DNA of 64,000 nt from Balanoglossus misakiensis (GCA_040954595.2 CM082592.2:10626731-10690730); one strand, 5' to 3'. Counted from the first letter of the stretch, positions 41,592 to 55,100 are shown. Numbers and translations are program-made. The notes: generated from the sequence alone by a model not told the origin.

Positions 41592-44500
41592 CTACAAAGT
41601 CTGTAAACTATCTCTGGCTGCATCCATCCGTTTCCTTGCCTTGAGGAACAATTCTGTAAAGAATAAGAAATTTTTTTGATTAGTGCCAAGATTGCTTTTA
41701 AAAATCTCGGTAAATGGGAAGAAATCAATTGAATGTGTTGAAACATGATTATGAAAAAAAATCACTTGCCTAATACTGTCTGGACGGAATGCTGCATACT
41801 AAGGCCCCTGTGAATAGGAAAACAATTTCTCATAAGTTAACTTGTTTCTAGATTATATAAAATGGATGTACATCATGTAGACAGTTAATTTTTAATTTGA
41901 AATGTTATATTCTGGAATGTGAGACTTCATTGAAATCAACAAACTTGAACTCACCCCAGTCTGTCTATAAGACTTCCTACTTTCCTCTTGGATGTTGTCG
42001 ATTCCATGAAGACCCTGGAAAGAAAACTCTGATTTAGATTTTCAAGAATTTTAAACACAGTTGAACGTATTCAGGCTTCCCTCAGGCCTGTGATGTGACC
42101 CTAACCAGATGACAAAGGTCAACACATGACCCCAAGTACACACTTACTGACTCTGTTGTACCATATTCATTCTGATTTTCACTGAACCAGTACTCTCTGT
42201 CTTGAAACCAAATTTGCTGAGTATCTGACCCTCCTGAGTGGCTGGGATCGCAGTGTAGCTGGGATCTTCCAACTCTGGCGATCCGCCAATGAAGAAACGC
42301 CTCATCTGGTCCACCATGGAGTTGCCAAGAGGACGCCATGTTGTCAGTTCCAGTGTATGTGTGCCTGTCACGGTGGAAGAAATCTGCCGATTAGAAATTG
42401 CACTCAGGAAAGAGTGTCTGTCGCTCTGGCTGTTACATTCAAGGCATGAATAATCAAGGGCTTAACTTACCTGCTGTACTTGGCATATCTATATAACCAT
42501 AACCCTCTGTCCGGTATCTTTGCCATGAATCTAATGAGAGAACTTCAATGAACAGCTGCGGCCAATGAGGCATCACATGTCTGTCATCTTCTGTCACATC
42601 CTCGTTGCGATAGATCAAATTGAATTCAAACGGGAAGCACAGATATGCCACATTCTCCTGAAATTTCAAGAAAAAGATTTTTTCTACGTAGCACACATGG
42701 TAAACTTTGACATCTCATTCTCAAGGAGAGAACAAATGGAAACATGTCTAATTAGTAAAGATCCAGCATGAACTAACAGTAACACTCACCCTTCCTACCA
42801 CTTTTGTTTTGCAAATCTGTGAAACTCCCGATAATTGCTGATTGTCTGCGGCAGACCAATCTGGCAGAGAAAACAAATAAATCAGTTGAGTTAAGGTCAG
42901 GATGGTACCATCCACTCCCATTCTGTAATGTGACTAGTTACTGGTAGTTGGATGAAATTTTGATTCATTCATATTTGACGAAAACTTGACCATCAATGTC
43001 ACTTACTTCTTGGTAGCTCTACAAAGTAGTGAATGTAGAGATTATCATATTCATAATTCCTTGCAGATACAATTTCACCGTACACCATGAGCCTCAGACA
43101 ACCTTTTGGAACCTGACAACACAAAAACAGATATTTGACTGTCTTCCCTGAAACACCGTGTGCAATTGTATTTTTCTGGTGTCAATTCAATACTTCACCC
43201 CAAGTTCCCTCTATAGAGGTCCAACTTCACCACAGAAAACATTAGATTTGGACCAAACCATGGTGTTGTAAAGGGTAAGACAGCCACAGATCATACTATG
43301 AGATTCTCGACCTGATTTCTTCTTACATTTTCAAAACTCTGTCCCACACAAGATGCCTTGAAATCTGCATGCCGATTGTACAACATTCTGTTCAGTTTCA
43401 CTTCCTTGGCCCTTTCCTCACGTGTCATCTGTTTTGATACGTGCTGTATTGTGAATTCATACGCATCTCTCTTGGACGAGTCGGTCACCACGATGTACGG
43501 CGGTCTGTGACGATTGAAGTCAGGCTTCACACTGATCACACCATTGATGTCAACCTGTAAAACAGAGGAGAAAATCAGTTTGATCTATAGTCTCCTCAGT
43601 AAATTATACCTCATCTATTGTTGAACAAGTACCCCCTCCAGATCACAAACTGGAGAACCATGATATGCATGTAGTGAATGTCTTACCTTGACTGTACAAA
43701 GGACATATTCATCTGAAATGTCTGAGATTCTGTAACAAGAATAGATTCGATATTACTCCTTTGAATTTAACTCTTTCAATGCTAGGAAATTTCTTTGAAA
43801 AATACAACTTCTCATTTTCTCAACTGTAAGGTTGACCCATCAGAAGAGAGATGGGGTAAAGGGGTTGACATTTCCTGATAACACTCACTGTGATCCAGGT
43901 GAGGTCAGATCAGCCATGATATGCATGACTTGGCAAGGTGTGTTGGTGATATGTGTACGCAGTTTGAATTCTTCTGATGGATTGTCGATAATTGGACTCA
44001 TCTTTGCCAGCATTGCATTGTCTCTGGTAAAAAGATTTCAAGGAAGAAAAAAATATTAGAACCATAATTTCAAATCTTGAAACAATCTTCAGATCTAAAG
44101 GACAATGTACAAGTATAGCTTGTGGCCACTTACCCCTCTCTTGTGCGTCTGTCTTGCACTCTTCGCTGTCTCACAGTTTGTACTCTCTGAGCGAGCCAGG
44201 TGGGTTTCTCATTTGGAGAAGTGGTCATCAATTTGGTTTCCTGAAGAGTAAAATGTTTGCAGAATGAAACTTTTGATAAGATTACCATAATCCTTCCCCT
44301 TCCCCATCTCTCTGATAAGGATACAGACAAAAAGAAATTGCTTGAGATCTTACCTCATCTAAAGCAGTAAATCTATCATGATCCACATACGAAAACAATC
44401 TCCTTGTTGGCCGTTCCCCTTTCTCCAAAAGTTTATGGATATCATCGTAATATTTGTAATCTAGAGGACTGAAACAGTTGGCTTCTTCTGAGTACAATTC

Positions 44501-45342
44501 CGTCTCACGTTTACTGAAGACTTTTTCTTGCCATCCGAAGGTGTACACCTCTGTTTCATCCTGTGGATTTGCTGTACAGGAATTGTAAAGGCAGAAGATA
44601 TTACTCTTAAATTTCTGATTGAAGCATGCAAACCATGACTTGTGTCTCTGTCATTTGAAGATTATAGTCTCCATCACAGTTTTAACAGAAATGGATTTAT
44701 TTGCAAGTTACTTACCCTGTTGTGCTGTCAAATCCTGAACACGACTTCCATCGCCACTCTGAAAACTCAGTGCTGTTGGAACTATGCTTGATGAAGTAAC
44801 AGACTTTAGCGTAACCCTTTTGAGAGAAAAAAATCAGGCCACTATCAGCGTTGTTCAGTGATGCGCCAGAGATACACCTGACTGTGTGTGATCTACTTGT
44901 ATGATGCATGGTGGTTATTTACATGTACCAAGGACCATGGACAGACCAACCCAACCACGATCATTCAAGTCTCTTATAGGGTTAAAAGCGATCCCCTGCA
45001 CCTGGGGTGCGATACACCAACATACAAGTCATTACAGTACTTTGCTGGAGTTCAGTAGCTCAAGTCTTTGCCTCTAGCTACTGAACTGCAGCTATGCAGC
45101 ACTGCGCTTCGGAAGTAGTCATGGTAATAGATGCCAGTGAAATCGACATGGCCGCTGATATGCATACGTGGAAAGTTTGCAGCGTTGAATCGCATGGCTG
45201 GGTGAAAATCTATGGAACTAGCTTCAGGTAATTTCATATATTATTTCTGACCAATCCGATCGACATACCTGAATTTTAAATTCTTTATGGGATCAGTGCT
45301 TCGATAATGAGCGATACCGAAGTCCGACTCTGTGTCCGCCAT
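41592..45342 (-). CDS. MKS1: Meckel syndrome type 1 protein (B9/C2-domain ciliary transition-zone protein)
   Basis: [131 protein letters not shown], ending [20 protein letters not shown] (TAG 41592-41594). Last intron 41654-41769 is GC-AG. Confidence 0.95.
43188..43278 (-). mobile_element. Copy of the ~90-bp TTAA MITE (MKS1 intron)
   Basis: TTCACCCCAAGTTCCCTCTATAGAGGTCCAAC is nearly the reverse complement of the right half of 12654-12746; the other end reads TAAAGGGTAA. Confidence 0.7.
45044..45092. repeat. Inverted repeat / hairpin in MKS1 intron 1
   Basis: GCTGGAGTTCAGTAGCT, a 15-nt loop, then AGCTACTGAACTGCAGC (16 of 17 paired). Confidence 0.8.
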
Positions 45343-45781
45343 TTTGATCGCTTCAAAATATTTTGGCACGTACCATTTCCACGTCACTGAGGGGTGGGCA
45401 GACTGTGCTAGAGGGAAGCCTCGAGGATGGGATGTCATTGCCCTATTTACGGTGCCAAACAATGTCAATTAAAAGTCAACCATAAATTAAAATTACTCAA
45501 ACTTGACCGAACGAAGACCTGAGTTCTGGTATGTAGTTGAGAAAATATAGGAGATATTATAATTATCAAAGTTAAGTTGACCCGAACGTTTTGTTTTAAT
45601 AATCGCATCAAACAGTTTGTGATAAAACAAATATTGCGGATGTTGTCAAATCATTATCAAATGCTATAAAACCTATTTTCGGCGCTCACTCCAACTGTAT
45701 CAGTGTCCTCATATGTGTTTTTATTTGTTTATCGTGATCCAAACATTGAGGAAACGCAATGCGACAGTGTGATCGGTAGGG

Positions 45782-45834
45782 GAAGGTCATCCAGCGGTCA
45801 CCGCCACCTGGCGGTGACCGCTCAATGACCTTTC
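45782..45834. repeat. 53-bp GC-rich palindrome with a CTCF-like core
   Basis: AAGGTCAT-CC-AGCGGTCACCGCCA-CC-TGGCGGTGACCGCT-CA-ATGACCTT. The minus strand of 45801-45814 reads CCGCCAGGTGGCGG. Confidence 0.85.
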
Positions 45835-46230
45835 AGTGAAGGGCAAAGTCGCTCCCTCTTGACATGGTGTTGGTGTTGTTTCTTTCGATACAGATTTCGG
45901 TGTTATTTTGCTCTCTGAAATATGACCAATCACTCCAGGCATATAACACAATAAAATTGTCATTCAATGTTATGTCCATATACAATGTACGCCTACAAAA
46001 TACATTTTAGTGAGCAAAGTAACATACATTGTAAATAATTAATGAATTCAAAGAAACTAAAACACCAAACTAACCTACGTCAAATTTGGGCGACACCACC
46101 GCATAAAAGCTACCTTTTCACAGCTATATGTAGAATTACCATGGTGACCGTGTGAGCACGAGTGACCTTGAGAGTATATATGAAAATAGGACGCTGTTGA
46201 CATCGACTGCAAAGCTAAAAACGCATTAAT

Positions 46231-47905
46231 ATACGACACTAGGTGCGCTTTACACGCGTCTCCGACTACATACAGATCCCTCCACGCACAGCGCTTGTAC
46301 AGAGTGAGGAAGTCCAACACGGCAACAAATGTTGCCATTTTGTTATCCTGAATAGTAAGCGACTCCATCCAGCTTAAATTTATTTTGGAAGTTTAAATAC
46401 TTAGTTCAGCTTTACCGGACATATAGGACGAATTGACGTGTACGACACTAGGTGCGCTTTACACGCGTCTCCGACTACATACTGGTCCCTACACACTCAG
46501 CTCTTGTACAAAGTGAGAAAGTCCAACACGGCAACAAATGTTGCTATTTTGTTAGCCTGAATAGTAAGCGACTCCATCCAGCTTAAATTTAGTTTTGAAG
46601 TTTAAATACTTAGTTCAGCTTTACCGGACATAGAGGACGAATTGACGTGTACGACACTAGGTGCGCTTTACACGCGTCTCCGACTACATACTGGTCCCTA
46701 CACACTCAGCGCTTGTACAAAGTGAGAAAGTCCAACACGGCAACAAATGTTGCCATTTTGTTATCCTGAATAGTAAGCGACTCCATCCAGCTTAAATTTA
46801 GTTTTGAAGTCTAAATACTTAGTTCAGCCTTACCGGACATATAGGACGAATTGACGTGTACGACACTAGGTGCGCTTTACACGCGTCTCCGACTACATAC
46901 AGGTCCCTACACACTCAGCTCTTGTACAGAGTGAGAAAGTCCAACACGGCAACAAATGTTGCCATTTTGTTATCCTGAATAGTAAGCGACTCCATCCAGC
47001 TTAAATTTATTTTGGAAGTCTAAATACTTAGTTCAGCTTTACCGGACATAGAAGACGAATTGACATGTACGACACTAGGTGCGCTTTACACGCGTCTCCG
47101 ACTACATACTGGTCCTTACACACTCAGCTCTTGTACAGAGTGAGAAAGTCCAACACGGCAACAAATGTTGCCATTTTGTTATCCTGAATAGTAAGCGACT
47201 CCATCCAGCTTAAATTTAGTTTTGAAGTTTAAATACTTAGTTCAGCCTTACCGGACATATAGGACGCCTTGACGTGTACGACACTAGGTGCGCTTTACAC
47301 GCGTCTCCGACTACATACAGGTCCCTACACACTCAGCTCTTGTACAGAGTGAGAAAGTCCAACACGGCAACAAATGTTGCCATTTTGTTATCCTGAATAG
47401 TAAGCGACTCCATCCAGCTTAAATTTATTTTGGAAGTTTAAATACTTAGTTCAGCTTTACCGGACATAGAAGACGAATTGGCATGTACGACACTAGGTGC
47501 GCTTTACACGCGTCTCCGACTACATACTGGTCCTTACACACTCAGCTCTTGTACAGAGTGAGAAAGTCCAACACAGCAACAAATGTTGCCATTTTGTTAG
47601 CCTGAATAGTAAGCGACTCCATCCAGCTTAAAGTTAGTTTTGAACTCTAAATACTTAGTTCAGATTTGCCGGACATATAGGACGAATTGACGTGTACGAC
47701 ACTAGGTGCGCTTTACACGCGTCTCCGACTACATACAGGTCCCTTCCACGCACAGCGCTTGTACAGAGTGAGAAAGTCCAACACGGCAACAAATGTTGCC
47801 ATTTTGTTATCCTGAATAGTAAGCGACTCCATCCAGCTTAAATTTATTTTGGAAGTCTAAATACTTAGTTCAGCTTTACCGGACATAGAGGACGAATTGA
47901 CGTGT
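46231..47905. repeat. Tandem array of 8 x ~209-bp units
   Basis: Unit TACGACACTAGGTGCGCTTTACACGCGTCTCCGAC...GGACGAATTGACGTG starts at about 46231, 46441, 46650, 46859, 47068, 47277, 47487 and 47695. Copies differ by only a few substitutions. Confidence 0.98.
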
Positions 47906-47973
47906 AATTAACAAAACACCTTATCAGATTTATCAAAAAGGGGAATTTATTTACTAGATAAAAATTTCAGTGG

Positions 47974-48113
<140 letters not shown>

Positions 48114-48559
48114 TTGATGATAAGAAACGGTGAGAGGATCTGGAGTGCTTCATGTCAATCCAAGTTTTGCAAAAAGTAGGCCAACTGTGTTCGGTCAACA
48201 TGCAAGGAACACAAGACACGACAGAGGAAGGAACATATTTATTTATAGGCCTATGACAGACAATTGTTGTTCAAAAAGTGCAGTTTACTTATACGCAATC
48301 ATGTTGGTGTAACCCGGCGGCCTATATTTGGAGACAATGATGATGAAACAGCATTCCAATGTCTCACGATAGTATGGGTCACGTAAAGGGCAGTATTTAT
48401 TCAGGGATGCCTCAGCTACTGTACCCACATCCGATCGTGACTTTACCTTGAGGTTTTGCTTGGTGTTTTACTTATAATATTTGGGGTTAGGCCTACATGA
48501 ACGGCATAGGCCCAGCCCGACCCCCAAATGTGGGCCTATAGATCTAGTAAATCATTGTC

Positions 48560-49139
48560 GTTTCTGACTTACACGGTCTAAATCGCGTGTAACCAACAAC
48601 ACAAATACATGAAATGAACACGATAGGCCTACATCGGTTTCACGTGCTCGCAAACGCACCGGCCCTGCCCGATTCCTGGGTGATGCAACCCCTATTCGGA
48701 CTGATTCCGGTTCGCTTATCTCATATTCATAATAAAAGCAGCCTTGACTGTAGTACGTCATCAGTAGTTTTACCCTAGTATTAGAAAGCCATTGAAATAA
48801 TCGAGTAAAGTGCGTTGAACTTTCCCTTGTCTTCCTTTTCAGACAAGCGCCACCACATCAGGCGAGACATTGGCGTATATATCAGCCATCGAGCAACCAC
48901 TGTTACAGAGGACGGTTTGTTTTCTTTCTAGCATGACCTATCGCGGTGAGTGAGGCGTCCACTGAAATCGTGGGCTCGATAGAAGCGACCAATTCGCGAT
49001 AACAACAGACTTTGGTGGAGGAAGGGTGTTGCAAGACTCCCTAGCAAAATCTCCGCCTGGAGATCGCGAACGTGTACGAGTGTGCTGCTCTCTGACGTCA
49101 CAACTTCCAAAATGGCGGCACGTAATTGAAACGAAGTGA
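48560..49139 (+). promoter_or_regulatory. CpG-rich NCoR promoter region
   Basis: CpG-dense relative to its flanks, with a full CRE TGACGTCA at 49093-49100 and a YY1-like AAAATGGCGG at 49109-49118 just upstream of the ATG exon. Confidence 0.65.
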
Positions 49140-52100
49140 ATGATGGCGAGTAGACAACCAGACAGGTAAGCAATACATTGATTTGATTTGTCACGTTACA
49201 CTCGCGTTTGTAGCGGACACTGATCTAATCACTCCAGCACTTCCGAGAGGTAGTTTGCGTTTAATATTTTGATATTTCACTGGCAAGGGTGACGTTGCTT
49301 ATTTTTACGGTCGTCAACAAGCAAGCGCAAGCGCAAGTGAAAAAGGTCGCTGCTCCCGCGGAATGATTTACGCCATGACAAATAGGATACGGTTGGAACA
49401 CTATTAAAATTTGCCCAGCGGTCGAGATCGTGACTGTCTTATTGCAGTTTTCTACTTTATTTGCACGTGAAAACGGGGTTGAATGATGCTTGCTTATTGA
49501 CATTGTAAAACGTTGATCTTGGTCTTGCGCCTGGTTGTGGAGCGGAAACGCACTTTGATGTGTCGGCGTAGTGTCCTGTGGCGTCTGTAGGTGTAAGGTC
49601 ATTGTGCGGTCACTGCCACGCCAAGTTGCGGGAACACCCCTGTCCAGTTTAGGGTATTATTACAACGACGCAACTCTCGTCGGACTACAACTCGAAAATA
49701 AACTGATCTAAGCATAATTCAATAAAACGACATGCCCTACCAGGCGTCATACAATGTAGAACACATGTGACGCTTGAAAGGAGATCATTAAAGGGTATCT
49801 TGAAACTGACATTCATGTATCACATGCACAGTGGTAATAAAAACGTTGCTACCCCATTCATGTGTAATATGTGTCATGTCACTGTGTGCTGAATTTCAGG
49901 AATAGCATGCATTATGTGTAATATGCAATGGCTTCTGTATCCTGAACAGCTCCATTATGATGCTGTAACCTAATGTAATTTCAGATACAGCCAAAAATTT
50001 TAATTTGTAACAAGATTGTGTTTGAATAAATTATGTTGCCTTAGTGCTTGAATTCATGTACATGTATATGTATAACATACATACATACAGTACAAGCTTG
50101 TAATGGTTTTGACAGCAGAAACTGAAATTTATTAAACTTGATGACCATGTTTTTGTGTGCTAATGTATAATATTAAATTAATACTGTCATCTGTGTATTA
50201 TACTAAACAAGACCATTATGAAATTATGCAGTGTGGCATGTGTGTGTACTACTGTAATCAGTTCTATTACCCACACCCCTTTAGCAGGAGTGTAAGTTTT
50301 ATGACAGCGTTTCTGTAAATACACAATTCTATTTGCACAAACCTGTCATAAAACTTATACATGTGTACACTATTTGAAATAGCTATTATACAGGGCTGAT
50401 TTCATGTACCTTTGAAATATAGATGTAATTTATCAATTTTCCATTTTTTGGTGTTTGAATTACATAGCTGATACAGGGGTGTGTCCCTTTTGGCCGCTTG
50501 CACATTCTGGTACTAAGGAATGTGAGTATTGCTAGGATCTGAAGGTCCTCTGTGAATGAGGGATCTGTTTAATGTAAATGAGAACACATTGTATACATGT
50601 ATTTTGTTATTTACATATGAATTTGATGTCAGCATGACCATCAGGGTTCATTTACTCTCAAAGAGTACATGATCTTCCAGACCTGAAAGTCTCCAAGATC
50701 GCTTCCACATGGAACTTTGGTGTGTCAGTGATATAACTATCAATAATTATTAAAAACCCAGCTTCGTTGCATTACCACTGAACAGATTGTAAAAACACCC
50801 TGTTGTGTGAAATGGCTCATAATGGAGGATCATGCAGACTGACCTTTCATACCGTATGTTGTAGGGCATGATACATGTATTGATAGGAGGTGATGGTGTG
50901 TATGTTGCTGTGACCTGCAACACTTGTTGTTAAGTACATAGCACTTTAATAACAATGCGTGGATGGAATGCATATATTTTAGCTCAGCAGCTTGTATGTA
51001 GTGTTTGTAGGAAACCATTTACTGCAGTGACCTGATTATCTTCTGCACAAAACACCAGATGCCTCTCAGTTCTTTTTGTCAGTTTTAATGCAAGGCTCCA
51101 CAAACTAGCAAGGCCAGCCCAGCCATATATCTTCTTTGTCAGTTGACCTGTGTTAGAAACCCAAATAGTCTGTCAGCTAAGACCAAAGTTCATCTTCCAT
51201 GTCTCGACATATGACAAGGCGAAAAGTTCACGAAGTTCGACTTTCAGCCTAGATACAAACTGTGGGCTGATTATAATCATGAAATCAGTTGTCATGGTGC
51301 ATTTTACGTGGCACTGTGCTGGGATCGGTGTCAATGACCGGACTTTTTCCAATCAACTCAAGCAGACCCCTAGGCAGTACTGGTGATGAGGTTTCTTCCA
51401 TTAGAAAAATATAGATTATTTTCGTGCAATTTTTTAGTACTACCATACACAGTACATCTTCAGCAGCAGTGTATAGAATTCGACACGATAACTCCAGACT
51501 TCTTGCTGAAATATCAACAACATAATCATCTTTACATATAATATAGAAAATCCAGGGTGTTTAATCCAGGGATCTGGTCTTGTTATTGGTTGCATAGAGG
51601 CGATTACAGAGGTTTCCCTGTTCAGATGTTGTGTATTGAAAGTGGAATTCATTATTCAGTCCACCAAGTTGCAATGTACTCCTTACCTTCAGTTCTGTAT
51701 CAAAGTGAACTGCTAGTTGTGAATTGAATTGAATAGAATACACGTACACGGTAGCATTGACTGCTAAAGTAATTGCCAGGACTTGTGGGTATTGGAACTC
51801 ATATTTTCAATGGCCTTGCAGTAGAGTGATCTCGCTAATGGGAACACTGCTGTGAGTACATGTGACTATTGTTGCTTCAAGTACTTCGGCCAAACCTGTG
51901 CAGTATACAGTTACAGTTACTGATCAGTGATCCCGTAATCCAAATCGATGGCTTTTTTTCTTGGACACCTTCAATTTAACAGCGGTCTGAACAGGAAGAC
52001 TCATTTCGTAAGGTAGGTGATGAACATAAAATACACTTACTGGCTCCATACAGATTGCAGAAAACAAAAATTAAAAATAAGTTCTCTTATGTTTTTTTCA

Positions 52101-55100
52101 CAGACCACCAAGTGGTCATTCAAGAGACGCTTTGTCACCATATGGGAAGAGGCCAAGACCCCAAAGCCCACAGAATCCAAGGGAGAATGCTGCCAGTACT
52201 GGTTACATGTATGCTGGACAGGAACAGGCGCACAGATACCCAGTGACAACTGCACATTATATGTACCCACCTCACCAATCACATCAGCAGGTATGTTCTG
52301 AAAAAGAAATCTGTTTTCATTCAAGATGACACATCTTTCAAGATGCTATTGCTCTAAAATGATATGCATGAAAACTGCCCATTTCATGTTGAAAATACAA
52401 GTCTAGATTTTGGGTGGGTGTTTTCAGGGGGTGGGGTAGGGAGTGATGATTCTGTCGTACCAATCGGAGTTGCATCTCGTGTCAAGGAAAAAGACTTTTT
52501 TCTAAGAATGTTCCAGGCATTCTTAAGATAAGTTTGTGCGCCTGATTGGCTCCATGTCAACCTCATGAACCTTAGCGTCGTATCAAAAGGTTGTGGTTTG
52601 CAGCTGGATTGAATTCTCCGCAGATTGGCAGCCATATTTGGTTAATAAATGTCACCAGGAATGATATGAAACAAGGCATGCCATGATGCAATGTCAATTA
52701 TACGCACTGCTTTCAGTTTTCAGAGGCTGTCTGCTTTCCTCATCATGGAATTACCCAGATAAGAACTTATTTATAGGAACATGTACAGCTGACACATGGT
52801 GTGATTTTATAGCCATGTGTCTAATGGGAGCGTTGACTTCCTTTCTTGACAGAATTATGTCACCAGATATGTATTAAAGCTGTTTCCAGGTCACCAAAGA
52901 TTCTGAATGATGTAAAACATAAAAATGATATAATATCTGTTCTTCTGTATTGCTTCACAAAACCAAGGATTAAGTCCGGACTATGTGCTAGTCAAATTTT
53001 GCGAAAGGTGGACGACATTTTATGTGTCTTTGGGTAGAATTGAAGAAACCCGAGAAGCAGTTAATTAAAACTGGCCTCTGCTGGCAGGGGATCTGTGACA
53101 TAACTGTTCTACTACATAGCATGATCTGATACACAGTAATTTGGAATTTTGTGAGCGTGGTGCAAGGTATCATGGGAAGAGACAGCACTGAACATTCAGA
53201 GGAGTAATTTCTAGAGTGTTCCAAGTTCATCCTTTTGTGTCTTAGATGCTGGTGTCGTTATCTTCCCTCAGGAGAAATGGGCATCGTGCTTTCTAGCTCA
53301 GTGTGATTAAAATTTGATCTCTAGATTTTGTTTGGTCGACGCTACATGTTTACTATTCCAGTGAATCTTATGCCTTTGGGCTTTTCTCGTTGTAGTGAGG
53401 TTGGGATTAAATGAACAGAAAATGTAATCAGAAAATGGTAAACTGAAGCAAGGAGCCCAAATCAAGACAATCCCTAAAGCGTCTGATTTTGACTTGCGTA
53501 GCAAAGTAGATTAAAGATGAAGAAAGAAAATGCTTGAGTTCATCTATGGTGTTTGGCAAGCCATCTGGTACTCCTGTTGTTTCCCATTCTTTGCCATGTA
53601 AATCAGAAACACGAAACATATTGAAGCAACGTGTCATATACATTGTTTGTCTGCTTTTCATTCCTCCAATACCCGAGCACAGTGTTAAAAACAGGTCAGG
53701 TCACTCTTTCATGCAGTCTGGTATTTAATATGAAATGGGGTCACTTAAAAAGTCTGTGTAAATATAAAGGGCAGTGGCACCCTACTTTTGGGGGTAAAGA
53801 TATAGAAGGTAATTAGCATTCCTGTTGTCGACGCTTTTGTCAAGCAGTCGCAAAATCCACTACATGTTTTGTGGATTGCATTGAAATTCAGTTCTTTTCT
53901 TCCTGTGAGTTGTGGAAGAACTGGTTCTACTCTCAGTGGTTGTTCCACCAATAATCTAGATTAAAAGGCAACTTCCTGACTGAGATGGAAGTATTCCCAA
54001 TCTCTCTGCCCTGAGTATTTTTTATTAGTTGAAAATTGAAATGAAAGTAATTATGCGAGTTGAACCAACGAACGAGTGTTACGCTTGTGGTACAAGTAAC
54101 ACGTGGCAACAGCAATACTTGACCTAAGTGACCTAGAAACAGGGACAGTAATCAAACCATTCATATGGGAAGTGTCTATTTTTACATTGTTATACCAGCA
54201 GACTGAGCGGTTGTAAATATATAGAACTACATTGTTTTGTCTCTACTTGTTTGTGTATCTCAAAGTGTGTCACATTGTAAAAATTGACGGCTTGCATAGA
54301 ATCAAGGACTGTGTGTTACTATGCAGAAATTCTGTGTGACCTGTTGGGTACATGTGTACGTGGTAAATGTACAAAATGTAGGTCTATCCTGATTAGGTTA
54401 AACTACAGTGATGAATGTACATTGTATTCAAATTGAGGTCAGCGTACTTTTCTGCATGGCGGGCTACTTGACGCTATAGATAAGACATTGAGAGTGAACT
54501 TGAATGATTCAGACTGAGTACTTCACTGTACATTATATTGGAAATGGCGATGTGATCAAAAAGTGTATCATCAATGATCTGATCAGTATCATTTTTCGGT
54601 GATATGAATCTGTCGGTTTGTTATAAAAACACTGTTGCAGATTTATTCTCTGAAATCTGCTCTGAATTCCCAACTTTACTCATCATGCATACGGAAAGGC
54701 AGAGAGATGAATTGCGTTTGATGTGGATGGGGGATCTGGAAATGCGTACATGTACATTAGCAGTTGGACATTTTGCTTTGAGTGACAGACAGATTATCTC
54801 CGCACACAACATCGTTTTGCAATTTCTCTAATTCACTTTTCTTGTTCACATCATTATTCCATTAAAACTCGGTGCCCAGTGAATTGACAAATCGTCTTTA
54901 GTTTATCCCAGGTAAATGTCTAGTGCTGTATTACATGACTGTTGTCTCACAGAAGCAGTTGTACATGTTCTGACCCTGAGGTGAATGCACAGAGTTCCGG
55001 TTGAAATGACACCATTATTTCTTCTGACAGAATGAAGTCACACAGCATTTAGTGAGAAAATATCAGGGTTAATACACCAGACAGAAGTCCTAGAATCACT

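Noticed and set aside
46231-47905. Tandem array as a CRISPR array, hammerhead retrozyme or spliced-leader RNA cluster
   Set aside because: There are no unique spacers and the context is eukaryotic. Neither strand has a CUGANGA...GAAA core. There is no AG|GT leader junction, and the Sm-like ATTTTGG occurs in only half of the units.
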